Shown here piece by piece: positions 1 to 12,845 of a stretch of DNA of 64,000 nt. The notes beneath the pieces are model-generated. The model was not told the DNA's origin, ran no database searches, and saw only the letters and a list, made by a program, of their open reading frames with translations. The stretch is taken from positions 2,852,001 through 2,916,000 of the forward strand of contig CP089277.1 of the NCBI GenBank assembly GCA_023920165.1, read 5' to 3'. Position 1 is the first letter of the stretch; every line of letters begins with the position of its first letter. Source of the stretch: Curvularia clavata. Taxonomy: Eukaryota. A program made the translations under genes and the position numbers.

Positions 1-248
1 CTAACAGACATAGAAATGCCTATATCATCACATCGCGCCATTCCCACTAGACTTGGAAAAGATACGCAGTCTCTCCGGGCAGGATGATGAGAGTGTATCC
101 GATCTGCGGCGGCCGTATTGGTGCTCGCGCCCGTTGTTTTCCGCAGGCCACAGCTACCCCGCCGAGAAAATATTCCCCTCCCCGCCATCTATATACTGTT
201 GTCAAGACGGCCCATTGCACAAGGCACTTCTCTAGCACGCGCTTCGCC

Positions 249-3130
249 ATGGTCGCACAGAAGATTGACGGCACCGCCATTGCGAAGGGCATCCGCGAGC
301 GCCTGGGCGCCCAGATCAAGGAGAAGCAGGCCAAAAACCCCCGCTACAGGCCGAGCCTCAAGATTGTCCAGGGTAAGTGGCATGCCATTGGGCTTTGTTC
401 AGAGCCGCAACGGGCTGACTGTAGACAGTGGGCGACAGATCCGACTCCAGCACTTATGTGCGCATGAAACTCAAGGCCGCCGAGGAGGCCAACATCGATT
501 GCGAGCTTGTCCACCTGCCTGACGATATCAGCGAGTCGGAGCTGTTGTACAAGGTCTACGAGTACAACAACGATCCTAGCGTCCACGGCATCCTTGTCCA
601 GCTGCCCCTGCCAAAGCACATTTCCGAGCACACCATCACTTCGGCCGTGGCTGATGAAAAGGACGTCGATGGCTTCGGCATCCAGAGCATTGGTGAGCTG
701 GCCAAGCGCGGCGGCAAGCCTCTCTTCACCCCATGCACACCCAAGGGTGTCATGGTGCTGCTGCAGGAAGCCGGTATCGACATCAAGGGCAAGAACGCCG
801 TTGTGCTGGGCCGCAGTGACATTGTGGGAAGCCCAGTCAGCTACTTGCTGAAGAACGCCGATGCGACGGTTACTGTATGCCACTCCAGGACAGCTGACCT
901 TCCTGAAATTGTTCGTCGCGCAGACATTGTCGTTGCTGCGATTGGCAAGGCCCAGTTTGTCAAGGGAGACTGGCTCAAGCCCGGTGCTGTCGTCATTGAT
1001 GTTGGCACAAACTTCATTCCTGACGAGACCAAGAAGAGCGGCCAAAGACTCGTGGGAGACGTTGATTACGATTCCGCTGTCGAAGTCGCATCGCACATTA
1101 CACCAGTACCGGGAGGTGTCGGCCCCATGACCATTGCCATGCTGCTGCAGAACCTGGTTGACTCGGCCGACGCGACCTTTGACAGACAGAAGAAGCGCAA
1201 GATCACGCCTCTCCCCATCAAGCCGGAAGACCCGATTCCCTCTGATATTGCCATCTCGCGAAAGCAACACCCCAAGCAGATCACCGCCGTCGCCAAGGAG
1301 GTGGGCATTCTGCCCGCTGAGCTAGAGCCGTACGGTGCTACAAAGGCCAAGGTCGATCTCTCCTTGCTGAAGCGTCTTGAACACCGCAAGAATGGCAGGT
1401 ACGTTCTCATTGCTGGTATCACACCCACACCACTCGGAGAGGGCAAGTCGACAACCACAATTGGTGTAGCACAGGCTCTGGGTGCGCACCTTGGAAGGAT
1501 ATGCTTCGCCAACGTACGCCAGCCCAGCATGGGACCTACCTTTGGTATCAAGGGTGGTGCTGCTGGCGGAGGATACAGCCAGGTCATTCCCATGGACCAG
1601 TTCAACCTCCATCTCACTGGCGACATCCACGCCATTACTGCCGCAAACAACTTGCTCGCCGCAGCTATTGAGACGCGCATGTTCCACGAAAACACACAAA
1701 AGGACGCTGCACTTTACAAGCGTTTGGTGCCAGTTAAGAAGGGCAAACGCGAGTTCGCTCCCGTCATGTTCCGTCGTCTCAAGAAGCTTGGTATCGACAA
1801 GACGAATCCAGATGACCTGACTGAGGAAGAGATCACCAAGTTCGCCAGGCTAGACATTGACCCCGAGACCATTACCTGGAGACGCGTACTTGATGTAAAC
1901 GACAGGCACCTGCGCAAGATCACAGTTGGTCAAGCACCCACTGAGAAGGGACAGACTCGGGAGACTGGTTTCGACATCTCGGTTGCCAGTGAGTGCATGG
2001 CCATTCTCGCTCTCAGCAAGGATCTTTCCGACCTCCGTGAGCGTCTCGGCCGCATGGTTGTGGCCAGCTCCCGTGCTGGTGACCCTGTCACTTGCGATGA
2101 CATTGGTGCTGGCGGTGCCTTGACTGCACTGCTTGTCGACGCCATCAAGCCCAATATGATGCAGACTCTCGAGGGTACCCCCGTCTTTGTGCACGCTGGT
2201 CCATTCGCAAACATCAGCATTGGTGCTTCGTCAGTTCTTGCAGACAGGATTGCTCTCAAGCTGGCTGGTACTGAGCCTGATGAGGACCACGACGCTCAAG
2301 CCGGCTTTGTTGTAACTGAGGCTGGTTTCGACTTCACCATGGGAGGCGAGCGCTTCTTCAACATCAAGTGCCGATCTTCCGGCCTTGTACCCGACACTGT
2401 TGTTATCGTCGCCACTGTGCGAGCACTCAAGAACCACGGTGGCGGTCCCGACATCAGCCCTGGTTCTCAACTGCCCGAAGTCTACCGCACCGAGAACATT
2501 GACATCCTCCGTGCTGGTTGCGTCAACCTGAGGAAGCACATTGAGAACGCCAAGGCATACGGTGTTCCCGTTGTCGTAGCCATCAACCGCTTCGCCACCG
2601 ACACACAGGCTGAAATCGACGTGATCCGGGAAGAAGCCATTGCCGCTGGTGCCGAAGATGCCATTCCAGCCAACCACTTTGCCGAAGGTGGAAAGGGAGC
2701 CATTGACCTTGCCAAGGGCATCATTGCTGCATCGGCCAAGCCCAAACCCGACTTCAAGCTCCTGTACGACACCTCGAGCGGTACCGTCCAAGAGCGCATG
2801 GAGACGATTGCCAAGCGCATGTACGGCGCCGCTGCCGTCGAGTTCTCTGAGCTCGCTCAGAAGAAGGTCGACATGTATGTCAAGCAAGGATTCGGCAACC
2901 TGCCCATCTGCGTAGCAAAGACTCAGTACAGTCTCTCGCACGACCCCAGCCTCAAGGGAGCACCAACAGGCTTCACTGTGCCTATCAGAGATGTGCGCAT
3001 GGCGGCAGGTGCGGGATACCTGTACGCACTGGCTGCTGATATTCAGACCATCCCTGGTCTCCCCACGGCGCCGGGCTACCTCAACATTGACGTTGATGTT
3101 GAGACGGGTGAGATTGACGGAATGTTCTAG
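249..3130 (+). CDS. ADE3: C1-tetrahydrofolate synthase (dehydrogenase/cyclohydrolase + formyl-THF synthetase); exons 249-372, 429-3130; possible longer isoform from ATG 84
   Basis: Motifs KDVDG, TPCTPKG, GRSDIVG, ITPVPGGVGPMT, TPLGEGKSTT, GIKGGAAGGG, HAGPFANI. Intron 373-428 (GTAAGT...CTGAC...CAG) joins LKIVQ-V-GDRSDS in frame. Confidence 0.96.
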
Positions 3131-4012
3131 ATTAGATTCTTTTCTAGAAGCAAGGGATGTAAGAGGGGGGAATTCTAAAGCCAGAAAGCGTTCAACAAGC
3201 TTTTCTGTTGTATAATTGAGAAGGGCGGGGTGGGAATGTTTTAACACTGGACGTGGATGATTGGGAAATGAGGTGTTCAGCGGCGTTTTTTCCCCATGAA
3301 GTAATGTTTTCTCATGTGCTCATATACATGACGGCGTCTATTGAGAAAGCGAACAAAAAAAAGGGACTGCTACTAGATTTTCAACAACGACAGAGATGGG
3401 TTGGTTTGTAAGATGAGATGAGAGAGAGTGTGGGAGGGAATAAGTTCATTCAACACATACACACATTACAAGGGACTTTGGGACTAGCATAGTTGGGATA
3501 GAAAGAACTCAATTTCACTTCTTCAGTTGTAGTTTTTCCAGTCTTCGATACAACGACGTCTGCAAAGTGTGAGAGAGAAATAGTGAAAGAATTAAATAGT
3601 TATCAAAAAGGTACCCATTGAAAGATACTAGGTCCAAATTTGCAAATCGGACAAACCCAGTTTAATCTGGGCAGAAAACACAGACGTCAAAGCACATAGA
3701 ACGAGTAAGTAAGCAAAAAATCGAAAAAAAAGGACGAAAAGGACGAATCGCATGTGCAACACTGTCTTCACAAATGGCCAATTTTGTTCAACACAGCAAA
3801 CAGCAAACTTAAGCACACACACCCCACAGTGACAGCCAAAACACAAAAAATATCAACATGTTCATCTCGTCACCGACACCAATGCGAGTAAGCAAACCAG
3901 ACGGTACACCCCAAAAAAACACGTTCCCCAAAGGCTGCTATGAATGTATATGTATATGATGGCATGCAAAGACGTGGCGAATAAAACGGGCCAACAAGGA
4001 GTTAGTTTTGTC

Positions 4013-6450
4013 TTACATCATTCCGAGATCCTGCATGGCCTTGGCGTATGTATCCCAGTCGGTCAGGGCACCGAGCGCACGGCGTTGGTGTGCACTGAGG
4101 AGCGTAAGGCCGTATACATAACTTGCGTTGACCCATCCGAAACTGCAGTATGTTAGTATGTATTGGTATTATTTTTTGACGAAAATCAACCAAACTTACC
4201 CTTCACGAGGAACACCCTTGAAATCACTGCCTTGGTTACCATATTCGGCCTCGACCTTGTGTGGGTCCACCTTCCTCGTAACGTCGTATTTTTCAACCAC
4301 GACGCCGTTGAAGTCAACAAAAGCCTTGGTGACCATGAACAGCCAGCGGTAGGCTAGGCGTTGAGCCTCGGTGTCGTAGCCGTACCGCTGCATACCGACC
4401 CAGGCAAGCATCTGCTGGGGAGCCCATCCAAAGGGATAGTCCCATTGCCGGTTAGGGCGGTCGAGACCAACCTCACCACGTGAGCTCTCTGTACCCGAAA
4501 CAAGTCCACCAAAGGCCTCGAGCTTGGGCAGAGCCTTCTCGACAAGAATGCTGGCCTGGCGAGGCGTAGCAAGTCCAGACCACATGGGCCAGAAAGTAGT
4601 GGCACTCTCGTAGCCTGTGCGCTTGTGCTTGGCAGTGTTGTAGTCAAAGTACATGCCGGCTTCCTCGTCCCAGAGATACTTGTCAACTTGGACACGTCGC
4701 TTCCTAGCACGACGCTCCCATGCGGCAGAGTTCTCAATGTGGCCAGGCTTCATGTCGCCTGTGCAGAACTCGGCAGGAATCTCCAGCTTGTCTCCAAAAT
4801 GGTTGCGAATGCAGCGACCAATGTCAACTTCATACTTGTATAGCAGAGCGTTGATATCGACGACTGCGAGATCGGCAGCAACTTTTTCGAGACGGTATGA
4901 AGTGTCGTGTCCAGACTCACGCACCGCGCGGTCATGCAAGAAATATTCGTCCAGCTCGGGCTCGCTCACGCGTTGGTGGTTGTATGCATCCACAAAGTCG
5001 TGGAAAGACATGCCGTGCTTCTCAGCATATGGCTTCAAGATATGCTCAAAATGGGTGGCCTCTGTCTCAGGAGGCACACCCAAGCCACCAGGTCGGTAGC
5101 GGGTCAGGCCAGTTTCCGGATCATAACGAGGCGGGCTCATCCAAACTGAGTGGTATTCCTTGATGGCGGCAAGAATAGCCTCTCGTAGGAATTCAAGCGC
5201 ACCCGGCTCGTGCTTGATGCGTTCGTAGCAACGCAGGGCCATGTCGGTAAGGAAGGGCGGCTGGGATCGGCAGAGGTAGTATGAGCGATTGGCATTGAGA
5301 ATCTTGTTGTAGTGCTTGATGCAGAAGCAGAAGTGGGTAACCATGGACTTGACCAGGTCAACGCGATCGTTGACAAGTAGGCCGAGCGAACACATGTAGC
5401 TGTCCCATCCATAGAGCTCGTTGAAGCGGCCACCCGGGACAACGAAAGGTAGGCCCCTCAAGTCCTTTTTGTTGGTTTCGGGATCGATCCATTCTTCCAT
5501 GGCAATGGCAAGCAGACCAGGCTGCTTGTTCAGGTCGCGGACGTATGCAGGGTCGTCGCAATCCTTTTGCAGCCAGACGACCTCGAGACGCATATCTGGA
5601 TGCTCGCGGGCAATGCGTGTGTAGTATTCGTATTGCTCGGGAGCGCCTTGGGGAATGTATATACGGGGGCGGGGTTCAGCAGTCCAGTCCTTGGGGTCAA
5701 CTCCAACCTTTGCAATGTTGGAGCCATCAATGCGGCGGGTAAGGCCGTCCCAGAAGGAAAACTGGATGAGGCGGCTGAGGCGGTTTACGGGGTTTTCGTT
5801 GAGGCGCGATTCATCAAGAACAATAGTCTTGCGACCGTAGTCTTTGGCGAGGGTGAGTTCCTGCAGCAGGTTGGAGAGCATGTAGGTTCCGCGGACATCG
5901 TGCTTTTTGAAGGCATTGGAGCCCAGGGTACCGAGCGATAGAGTCTAGGTGCATGTCAGTCACTCCGCGGTCAGATGTATACAGAGTAGAAGGGAAAAAA
6001 ACAAAAGTCGGCATAATGGCATACCTTGGGACCCTTGTCTTCAATTGTGATCTGGTAGTTCTGGTCGGAATCTTCGCGCGCTAGAAGCTGTTCGAGCGTC
6101 TCGTCGACGTTGATTTTGAAGCGGCGGGGCTGCAACGAAGCCTCATCTGGAGGCGTGGTCAGCGCATCGAGTGCGGCGGATGCGGTTGTGTGCTGTGGTA
6201 CGTACCGTGGCTGGTGCGACGGCCAGCAGTGACGCCTTCCAACGGGGCATTGCGAGTGGGCTGCCCTATGTTCTGCGTTGGATTAGCGAGGGGGGCAAGA
6301 GGACAAGAAGGAACAGGTCAGACTGACGGCCGAGTAGGTTCTTGCGCGGGGATGTTTTTGCGAGTGACTCTCGCCATAATAGACATGGGGCGCAGCGTAG
6401 GGATCGACCACTGACGAGGTTCGGCGAGGCTTTGAGGATTGCGAGCTCAT
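4013..6450 (-). CDS. NTH1: Neutral trehalase (GH37) with regulatory N-terminus; exons 6450-6328, 6272-6206, 6146-6025, 5944-4200, 4142-4013
   Basis: [43 protein letters not shown] motifs; PKA-type sites RRTSS/RRTSHD; Ca-binding [12 protein letters not shown]; four canonical introns keep the frame. Confidence 0.96.
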
Positions 6451-7908
6451 GCTATGGTGAAGGAAGGGGGCAGCTACCAATCAAGCGAGTGGTGCTGTGG
6501 ATAGAGGTTGAGGTTAGGGTGCAGGCGGATTGAGGTTGTGGGAGTGGTGTGGTGATGAAAGACAGTAGTAGTGGTGGTGGTGGGAGGAGGAGCGAGCTAT
6601 GGCGTAGGTACTTGGCCGGGTTAGCTGAGACGGTCGACACCGAGACGGGCGGACTGGGGTGGGGGCGGGGCGGAACGTGTTGGATAAGGGACGGGGGCTG
6701 ATTCGAGGGGCGGCGGACCTTGTTGGAGAATGCAGAGATGGCGTCTCGGGCTGGGCGTGGCTGTTTTGTGGTGTTGTAGGGACGAGGGAGAGTAGAGGGC
6801 GAATACGGGCGGCGAGGGTGGCAGTTTTGACTGACGACAGAGCGGCAGGTGCGCCGATGGGCTACAGAGTGCATCACAGCAGGCGTCAATGGTGGGTCTG
6901 TCCTCAACTCTCTTTCTCTGCTCATGACGGCGATAGGAAGACACAGCGCGCAGGCGGTGAGGCGGCTCTACCATTGTGCCAACACCCACGCGTGGCGTGG
7001 CGTGGGCTGCCTGCTGTGTACAAGGCGGCATGTGCAGCGTATGTGCGGTGCGTGTGTGCTTTGTATGTGCTTGTCCAGGCGCGGCGGCGGCGGGCGGAGC
7101 GAAGACGTGGGCACAGGCTGAGCATTCGTCGTCCCGCTCCGCTCGCAGCTGCTGTCCCTGGCCGCCGTGCCTTCCTGCTCTGCTTGTTCTTGCCCTCGTC
7201 CTCTGTCGCCGCTGCCTCGTCACTGCCCGCCCAGTCTTTATCGCCCACGCTATCGCCGAATCCACCCCACCCTTACGTCATGCTGCTTGTTTGCTCCCTC
7301 TCCATCCTCTGCTATGTTCTCCTCATGTCTCCTTCGACTTGTGTCCTCTCAATGCCGCCTCAATGTTTCTGCGGCACCTCGGTTTCGCTCCCAGTCTTTT
7401 TTTATTCCGACCCTTGGCGCTGCTGTGTTATCCCCGACGCCGCCCTGACTGGCTCGGCTGCTCGTTGCCCGGTTACCGGTACTCCCCCGCGCATGCATCC
7501 CACGCCCAGCATCCGACGAGATGGCCTCAGCCTCACATCGTCCGACTCCGGCTCTCCAAAATTTCCGCTTCATGGTCGAGGCATCACTAGATTCGAGGCA
7601 TGGGCATGGTCTGATGTGGTGGCATTTTGCATAATGTTTATTCATCCAAGAGCGCTCGCAGAGCTGCTGTCGGATAGTATTAATCCCCAATACTGCTTGC
7701 TGACTTGGTCGTGTCTGCCTCTACTGGTACTTTTAAGCCGAACAAAAGAGATGGCAGGTGGCTGTCCTGCTGTGTTCGCAAACCCCAACACCTTCGCTAA
7801 TATACAGACAAAGACATGATGATGAATAAAGCAAAGAAACAAACGAACAAACAAAGACAAACGAAAACCGGTTGGCCGGCTAGCCGGGGTGCTTCTTTGC
7901 ACCCAGAC

Positions 7909-8559
7909 CTATAGCTTCTTGGCTGTGTTTTTTCGCGACCTCCTCATGCTCCTCCAACTCCACTTGCTGGCCTTGGCTGCCTCTTGCAGCAGTGCCGCGC
8001 TCAAAGTAGCAGAGTCGGGTCGTGGGCTGTCGGTGGTGCTGCTGCTGGTGCAGCTCATCGAGGCACTCTCAAGCGAGGTTGCTATCGAGGCAGTTCTTCG
8101 GATCTCAAACTCGTCGGTGCTCTCGTAACGTCGGAGCTTTGATTGTGGCCGGCTGGGAAGAGGTTCTTGGAGAGCGAGGAAGCCAGACGCAAAGCACCCG
8201 CCATAGGCCTTGAGCACCTCCATCGACGCTGCTTTTCTGAGCGCCATCCTCTTCCTTTGCGAGCCCACATCCTCATCGTCCGACTCCTCCAAGTCCAAAT
8301 CATAACGGTAGTAGTGGTGAGGCTCCGCCATGTAGCAAGCACTATCGGCCTGGATGCAATGTTAGCTGACAGAGTTCGCACAACGAGTGTTTAAGGACTC
8401 CATGCTTACCTTGGCGTGTGTTGGACCGTGTGAGGGGACATGTGTTGACGAATATGTTGAGGTTTGTGTGGAGCTGTGTGACCGCAGGTTCTCCTCGGTG
8501 AGCCGGGCTTGCTCGAAGCAGACGTCCCAGTTGGGTGTGTGTCCAAGGTTTTGGTACAT
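7909..8559 (-). CDS. Hypothetical ~196-aa Ser/acidic-rich protein; exons 8559-8410, 8349-7909
   Basis: 50-codon exon MYQNLG...THAK, intron 8409-8350 (GTAAGC...CTAAC...CAG) joins in frame to ADSACY-MAEPHH...KKL*; TATA-like TATATAA near 8796-8802 on the minus strand. Confidence 0.7.
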
Positions 8560-11500
8560 ATTTGCTGACGTGTTTATTGATTGAGGGGTTGAGTTTGTGA
8601 GAGAGATGATGCTTGGATGAGTCGACACTGAGTGGCAGCGTTGGGTGGTTTAGAGATGTGGTTGAGTTGAGAGGTGCAAGTGGCAGTGATGGCTGGTGCT
8701 AAGGCGTAATGTAGTAGTGTGTAATAGTGGCGGGTGATGTTGGCTTTGTAGTACCCGTAGGCTGAGTAGTGTGTCGAGGCTAGGGCGACCAAGTGTTATA
8801 TAGCAGCAACGGACTTGGGTATCTACAGTACCCACCAGACCAAGCGCCATAGCGCCGCACTCGCCGATGGAGTCCAAGGACTGGGATCGTGACAGCGCCT
8901 CAAAACGTGGTACATGGCTGCGGCCCTACCGTTTCCGTCATCACTCACGCATTGGGCAGATCATCAGTGGTTGCTTTTAGCTGCCGTCGACGCAAGGGCC
9001 CCACGGCAGATCCTGGTGTGCTGAACCAAGGGGCTGGCTGCCCTGGCACGCCTCAGCTCCACACTCACCACGGCCATGGCGGGCAGATAGGACTTGACCT
9101 ATCACACGCCCTCGCTCTCGCGTAGCCCTGGACGGCGCCCCTCCTGTCCAAAGCATCTCGCACACGCCGATCAGCCGCGTTTTGGAACTTGGCCTCAAAC
9201 GCCGCAGCCTGGCGGGGGCAGGGACGAGGGTCAGAAAGAGAATGAGAGGCTGTACGGGTGCAAACAAACAATGCTGGCATCTAGACTGCCCCGAGTCTAG
9301 AACACGGCTTCACCACGTCGAGGGTGTCCGGGTGTTGCGAGACGGTGAAGCAGTGGGCATGCAGTCGTGCTGGCGACAAAACAAAGGCAACCATATGCAG
9401 CGTCTCCGGGAATATTGCGTGTGTAGGACAGGTTGACAAACTCACCGCCTCGTCGCCCGCACTGCATGGGAGAGATCTGCTGCCCCCCTCTTGTCTGGCC
9501 CAGGCTAACCAGCTGTCAAAAGCGCCAAGGTCAGGCGGATGCTAATTTGACAGGCCCCAGAGCAAAAGCAATGAACTGCTTAGCGCAACGCGCCCCATGC
9601 GCCGAACGATGGATTCGGTACCTTGTCTGCATCGTGATAGCACTACCATGCAGGAACGCGAATTGTGCGGGCCGGGCCCATGCTCTCCAATCACAGGCCG
9701 AAGCGCCCTCAGAAAACACCATCGTGACCACGACTCTCCCATCGTCGCCTTAGTCATGCCAGGCAGCACAACGGTAGTGCTATGCTCAACGCTCTTCCCC
9801 AGACGCTCCGCGGCGAACGCATCGAGTCACTTGCATACCTTCTTCACCAGCAATTGCTGGTACAAATACTGTACATACAGGGCATTGTGAGCAGCCCGTG
9901 TCTGCCATGTGTAAACAACCCACAGCTCAGCTTGCTGTAAAGAGCCCCTGCACTAGCGCGTCCGCTTTGGGCCTGGCGCCTCAGCAGCTGGCACCCAAGG
10001 AATGCAGCTGCATTCGCTGGATTTACCGCATCTGTGACCCCAGGAACACGTTGCTCCCAGTCATCTCGTCTTGTAACCCTAGGGGCTGGTTACCACATTA
10101 CGCAATCCGCCTTTTCTTCGATCCACCCTCTTGGTCGACATTGTGCAATCTCTCCCTGCACCATCCATGGGCCAACCACGCCCAACCCTGGTTTCACTTG
10201 GGACAGGACAGTACATCCACCACAGCAACCACCCGACTGTTCCAATTGCATTCATCTCCTCAGGCATGCCTGAGTGCGTGCGTGCGTGCGCAAACAAACC
10301 TACAATGCATTGTGCACTCCATCCATCGCCATCATCCACAACTCCAACTCAAATAATGAGGCCGATCGGTGGTATACACATGTGACTCTTGCTGCTGTTG
10401 CCAATATTGCCTCCTCCACAATCCAATAGAGGCCTCGCCGACTGTCAGGCATCGTTTTCAAATTACTTGCTGCTTACCCCGGCTGCCCAGGTCCCACTGT
10501 ATCGTCCCCCACACTCCATTCCCAATTGGCAAATGACCATTCGGGTTCGGGCTCTTGCCGGCCTCGGGTTCGCTGAGAACCACCGACATCTTTCGTCAAG
10601 ACCCCGTTCAGATCAGAATCTCCCATCTGTCATGACTCACAACCCCAGTCCGGATCAACCAGTCCCGCGGCGCAGCCCTGATTCCCAGATCGCCGACGAG
10701 ATCTGTTGGATTCTGCCCCCAGCATGGTCTCGTAAATAGAATGTCACCCTGAAATCTACCCACAGCAATGGTTGCTCCTCAGATCACCCGCCCCTTACAA
10801 CGATTCCCAATCTAAGTGTGACGTAGCCACATGTCTAAGAGTAGCAACGGCCTGGTCGGTTTGGCCCAAGCGGAGTTAAGGAGAACCATGTACCATTCAC
10901 CCATCTGCCCGCCTTTGTTCTGCGTGTGTATGCCGAACAACTAGGGTCGTCGCCCTGAACAAATCAACAACAGCCTGCCACACCCAAAAAAGCACAACTA
11001 GGCGCCAGCGATACCACCGCGACAGGACCGCGAGTACGCCTCGTTTCTGTCGTCATGTGCGAGACCGGCGTCTCAAGACTCTGCACCGTCGCTGAGCCTA
11101 CAAGTACCAATGGGAAAAAAAGAAAATGCCAATGCAGGGTCGCAAGGCGCGTTTCTTTTCTTTGCAACTCATCGTCTGCTTGTACACGAAGCTCATCATC
11201 GGCGACCGGCAGTATGCTTCCTCGCTGTCCTGCAGCCTCGCAATCGTGTCGCGCATTTCCACTCTACAGCCTCACATGCACTGCCAGCAAATAATCCCGA
11301 AGAAGGGCAGAATAAGAGAACGATAGCATTCATACGAGTCTATGTCTCTTGGGTATCAAACAACGTCACCAGGTCCAGACTCTTCCAAATACATACATGT
11401 CCCTAACAGCACCGGCCAAATTCCCCCATGCCAGGGTTCCACAAATGCCCAGCCTCGTTTCACCTTCCTCTTCCTGTCATCTGCAATGAGGCGTCAATAG

Positions 11501-12845
11501 CCTGTCGTATAATACCCCAGCCATACACACATACCTTTCCCAAAGTCACCGCCAGAAAGCTTGGGGGCAAAGCTTGGCTTTTTTTTCATGCAGCCCGACT
11601 GTACACTTCAGCCACGTCGGCCAGCCACTGGTCCAGATGTTGTCGGAAGTGAAAATGCGGGTGTGGGATATGGAAATGGTAGTGCATCTTGGTTGCTACG
11701 ACGAGGATCCGAATTCGCTATCAGAAACGTAGTAGAAAGTTATTTTGCTACGGCAATAAGTGGAGAGACGACTTGATCGGATATGTTCTTGTAGATATGT
11801 GTTGGACTTGTGATTCATCAGACAGAAAAACCTTGTGTCGCTTTATACCAGCAGCGGCCGCCTCTATCCGACAACAGCAACATGATGCTTGGAAATTCGC
11901 GTGGACATATGATGACACATCTGGTGGTGTTACAAATCCGCCATGTGGTGTGAGAGGCTCACCACGCGCGATAATTAGCCGGTTAGCTGGATTGGTCACA
12001 CGCGCTTTCTAACCTCGCCGTTGACTTTGGCTGCGTAATCAAGCGAATTATGCCAAGTCGTCACCCTGCGATGCATATCAAATCACAGCTTCAAACTTTG
12101 CTCGACCATCCTGGTTTTCTGATGTTCACACCATCTTTCCCTTCGCTAACACAATCTGGCCTCACCGCCCCTCTGCTTCCTCCCCTCCCTCCAGCCTTGC
12201 AGCTGTTGCAAAGTATCTCTATCAAAAGAAATCCATTCGCTAAAGAGACCCTCTCGTATCCGCCAACACAAAAAAAATATGCTCCATATGAGGATGAACA
12301 CGCTAGGCGATGGGGGCACTGAAGCGAACTCGAGCAGAGGCGAGAAGAAGAAAACCTCGCCAATTACCCGCTGAGAATCTAGACGCCACGAAAGTAAAAA
12401 AAGTTGCCCCTCCTAAAAAGATCTGGAATACCCAACGGGAATTCTGTGGCGAAGGTCTGTGTGGAAAGAAAGAATAGTGACGCGCATTTCCGAGGAAACA
12501 ACAATCTCACAAGGGAAGTGTTGATCCGGCGAGGCTAGATGCAGGAGTCTGGGTAAAACATAAAATATTCGTGATCCAAGTGGCCCTCCGTGCCTCCCAA
12601 CCGAGGGTCCCAACGCAAGAAAGCAACACTCATTTGCATGAATCCGATGAGATTTTTCCGTCGCAAGCGAAGACGAGGAGAAAACCAGTTTATACGCGAC
12701 CCTCCCATCCGGCTGCCACGTGGGAGGAACGAGGTCCATGGTGAAGCATTGCAGGTTGCATGTTTTTCTTATGGTAGAGTCTGGCCCCGCGTACTCGCAA
12801 AATCCGTCATGCTGTGAAAGAAGCGGGATGAAGAAGGCGAGCTCT

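Noticed and set aside
344..3247. Long antisense ORFs (308 aa at 344-1270, 338 aa at 2231-3247)
   Set aside because: Shadows of the codon-biased C1-THF synthase gene; no motifs.
6659..7819. 386-aa + ORF and overlapping ORFs upstream of NTH1
   Set aside because: GC-rich promoter/leader sequence with non-ATG start, Cys/Arg/Pro-rich composition and no domain.
8900..12000. Many short ORFs in a 3-kb intergenic stretch
   Set aside because: No coherent exon chain, domain, RNA gene or repeat recognised.
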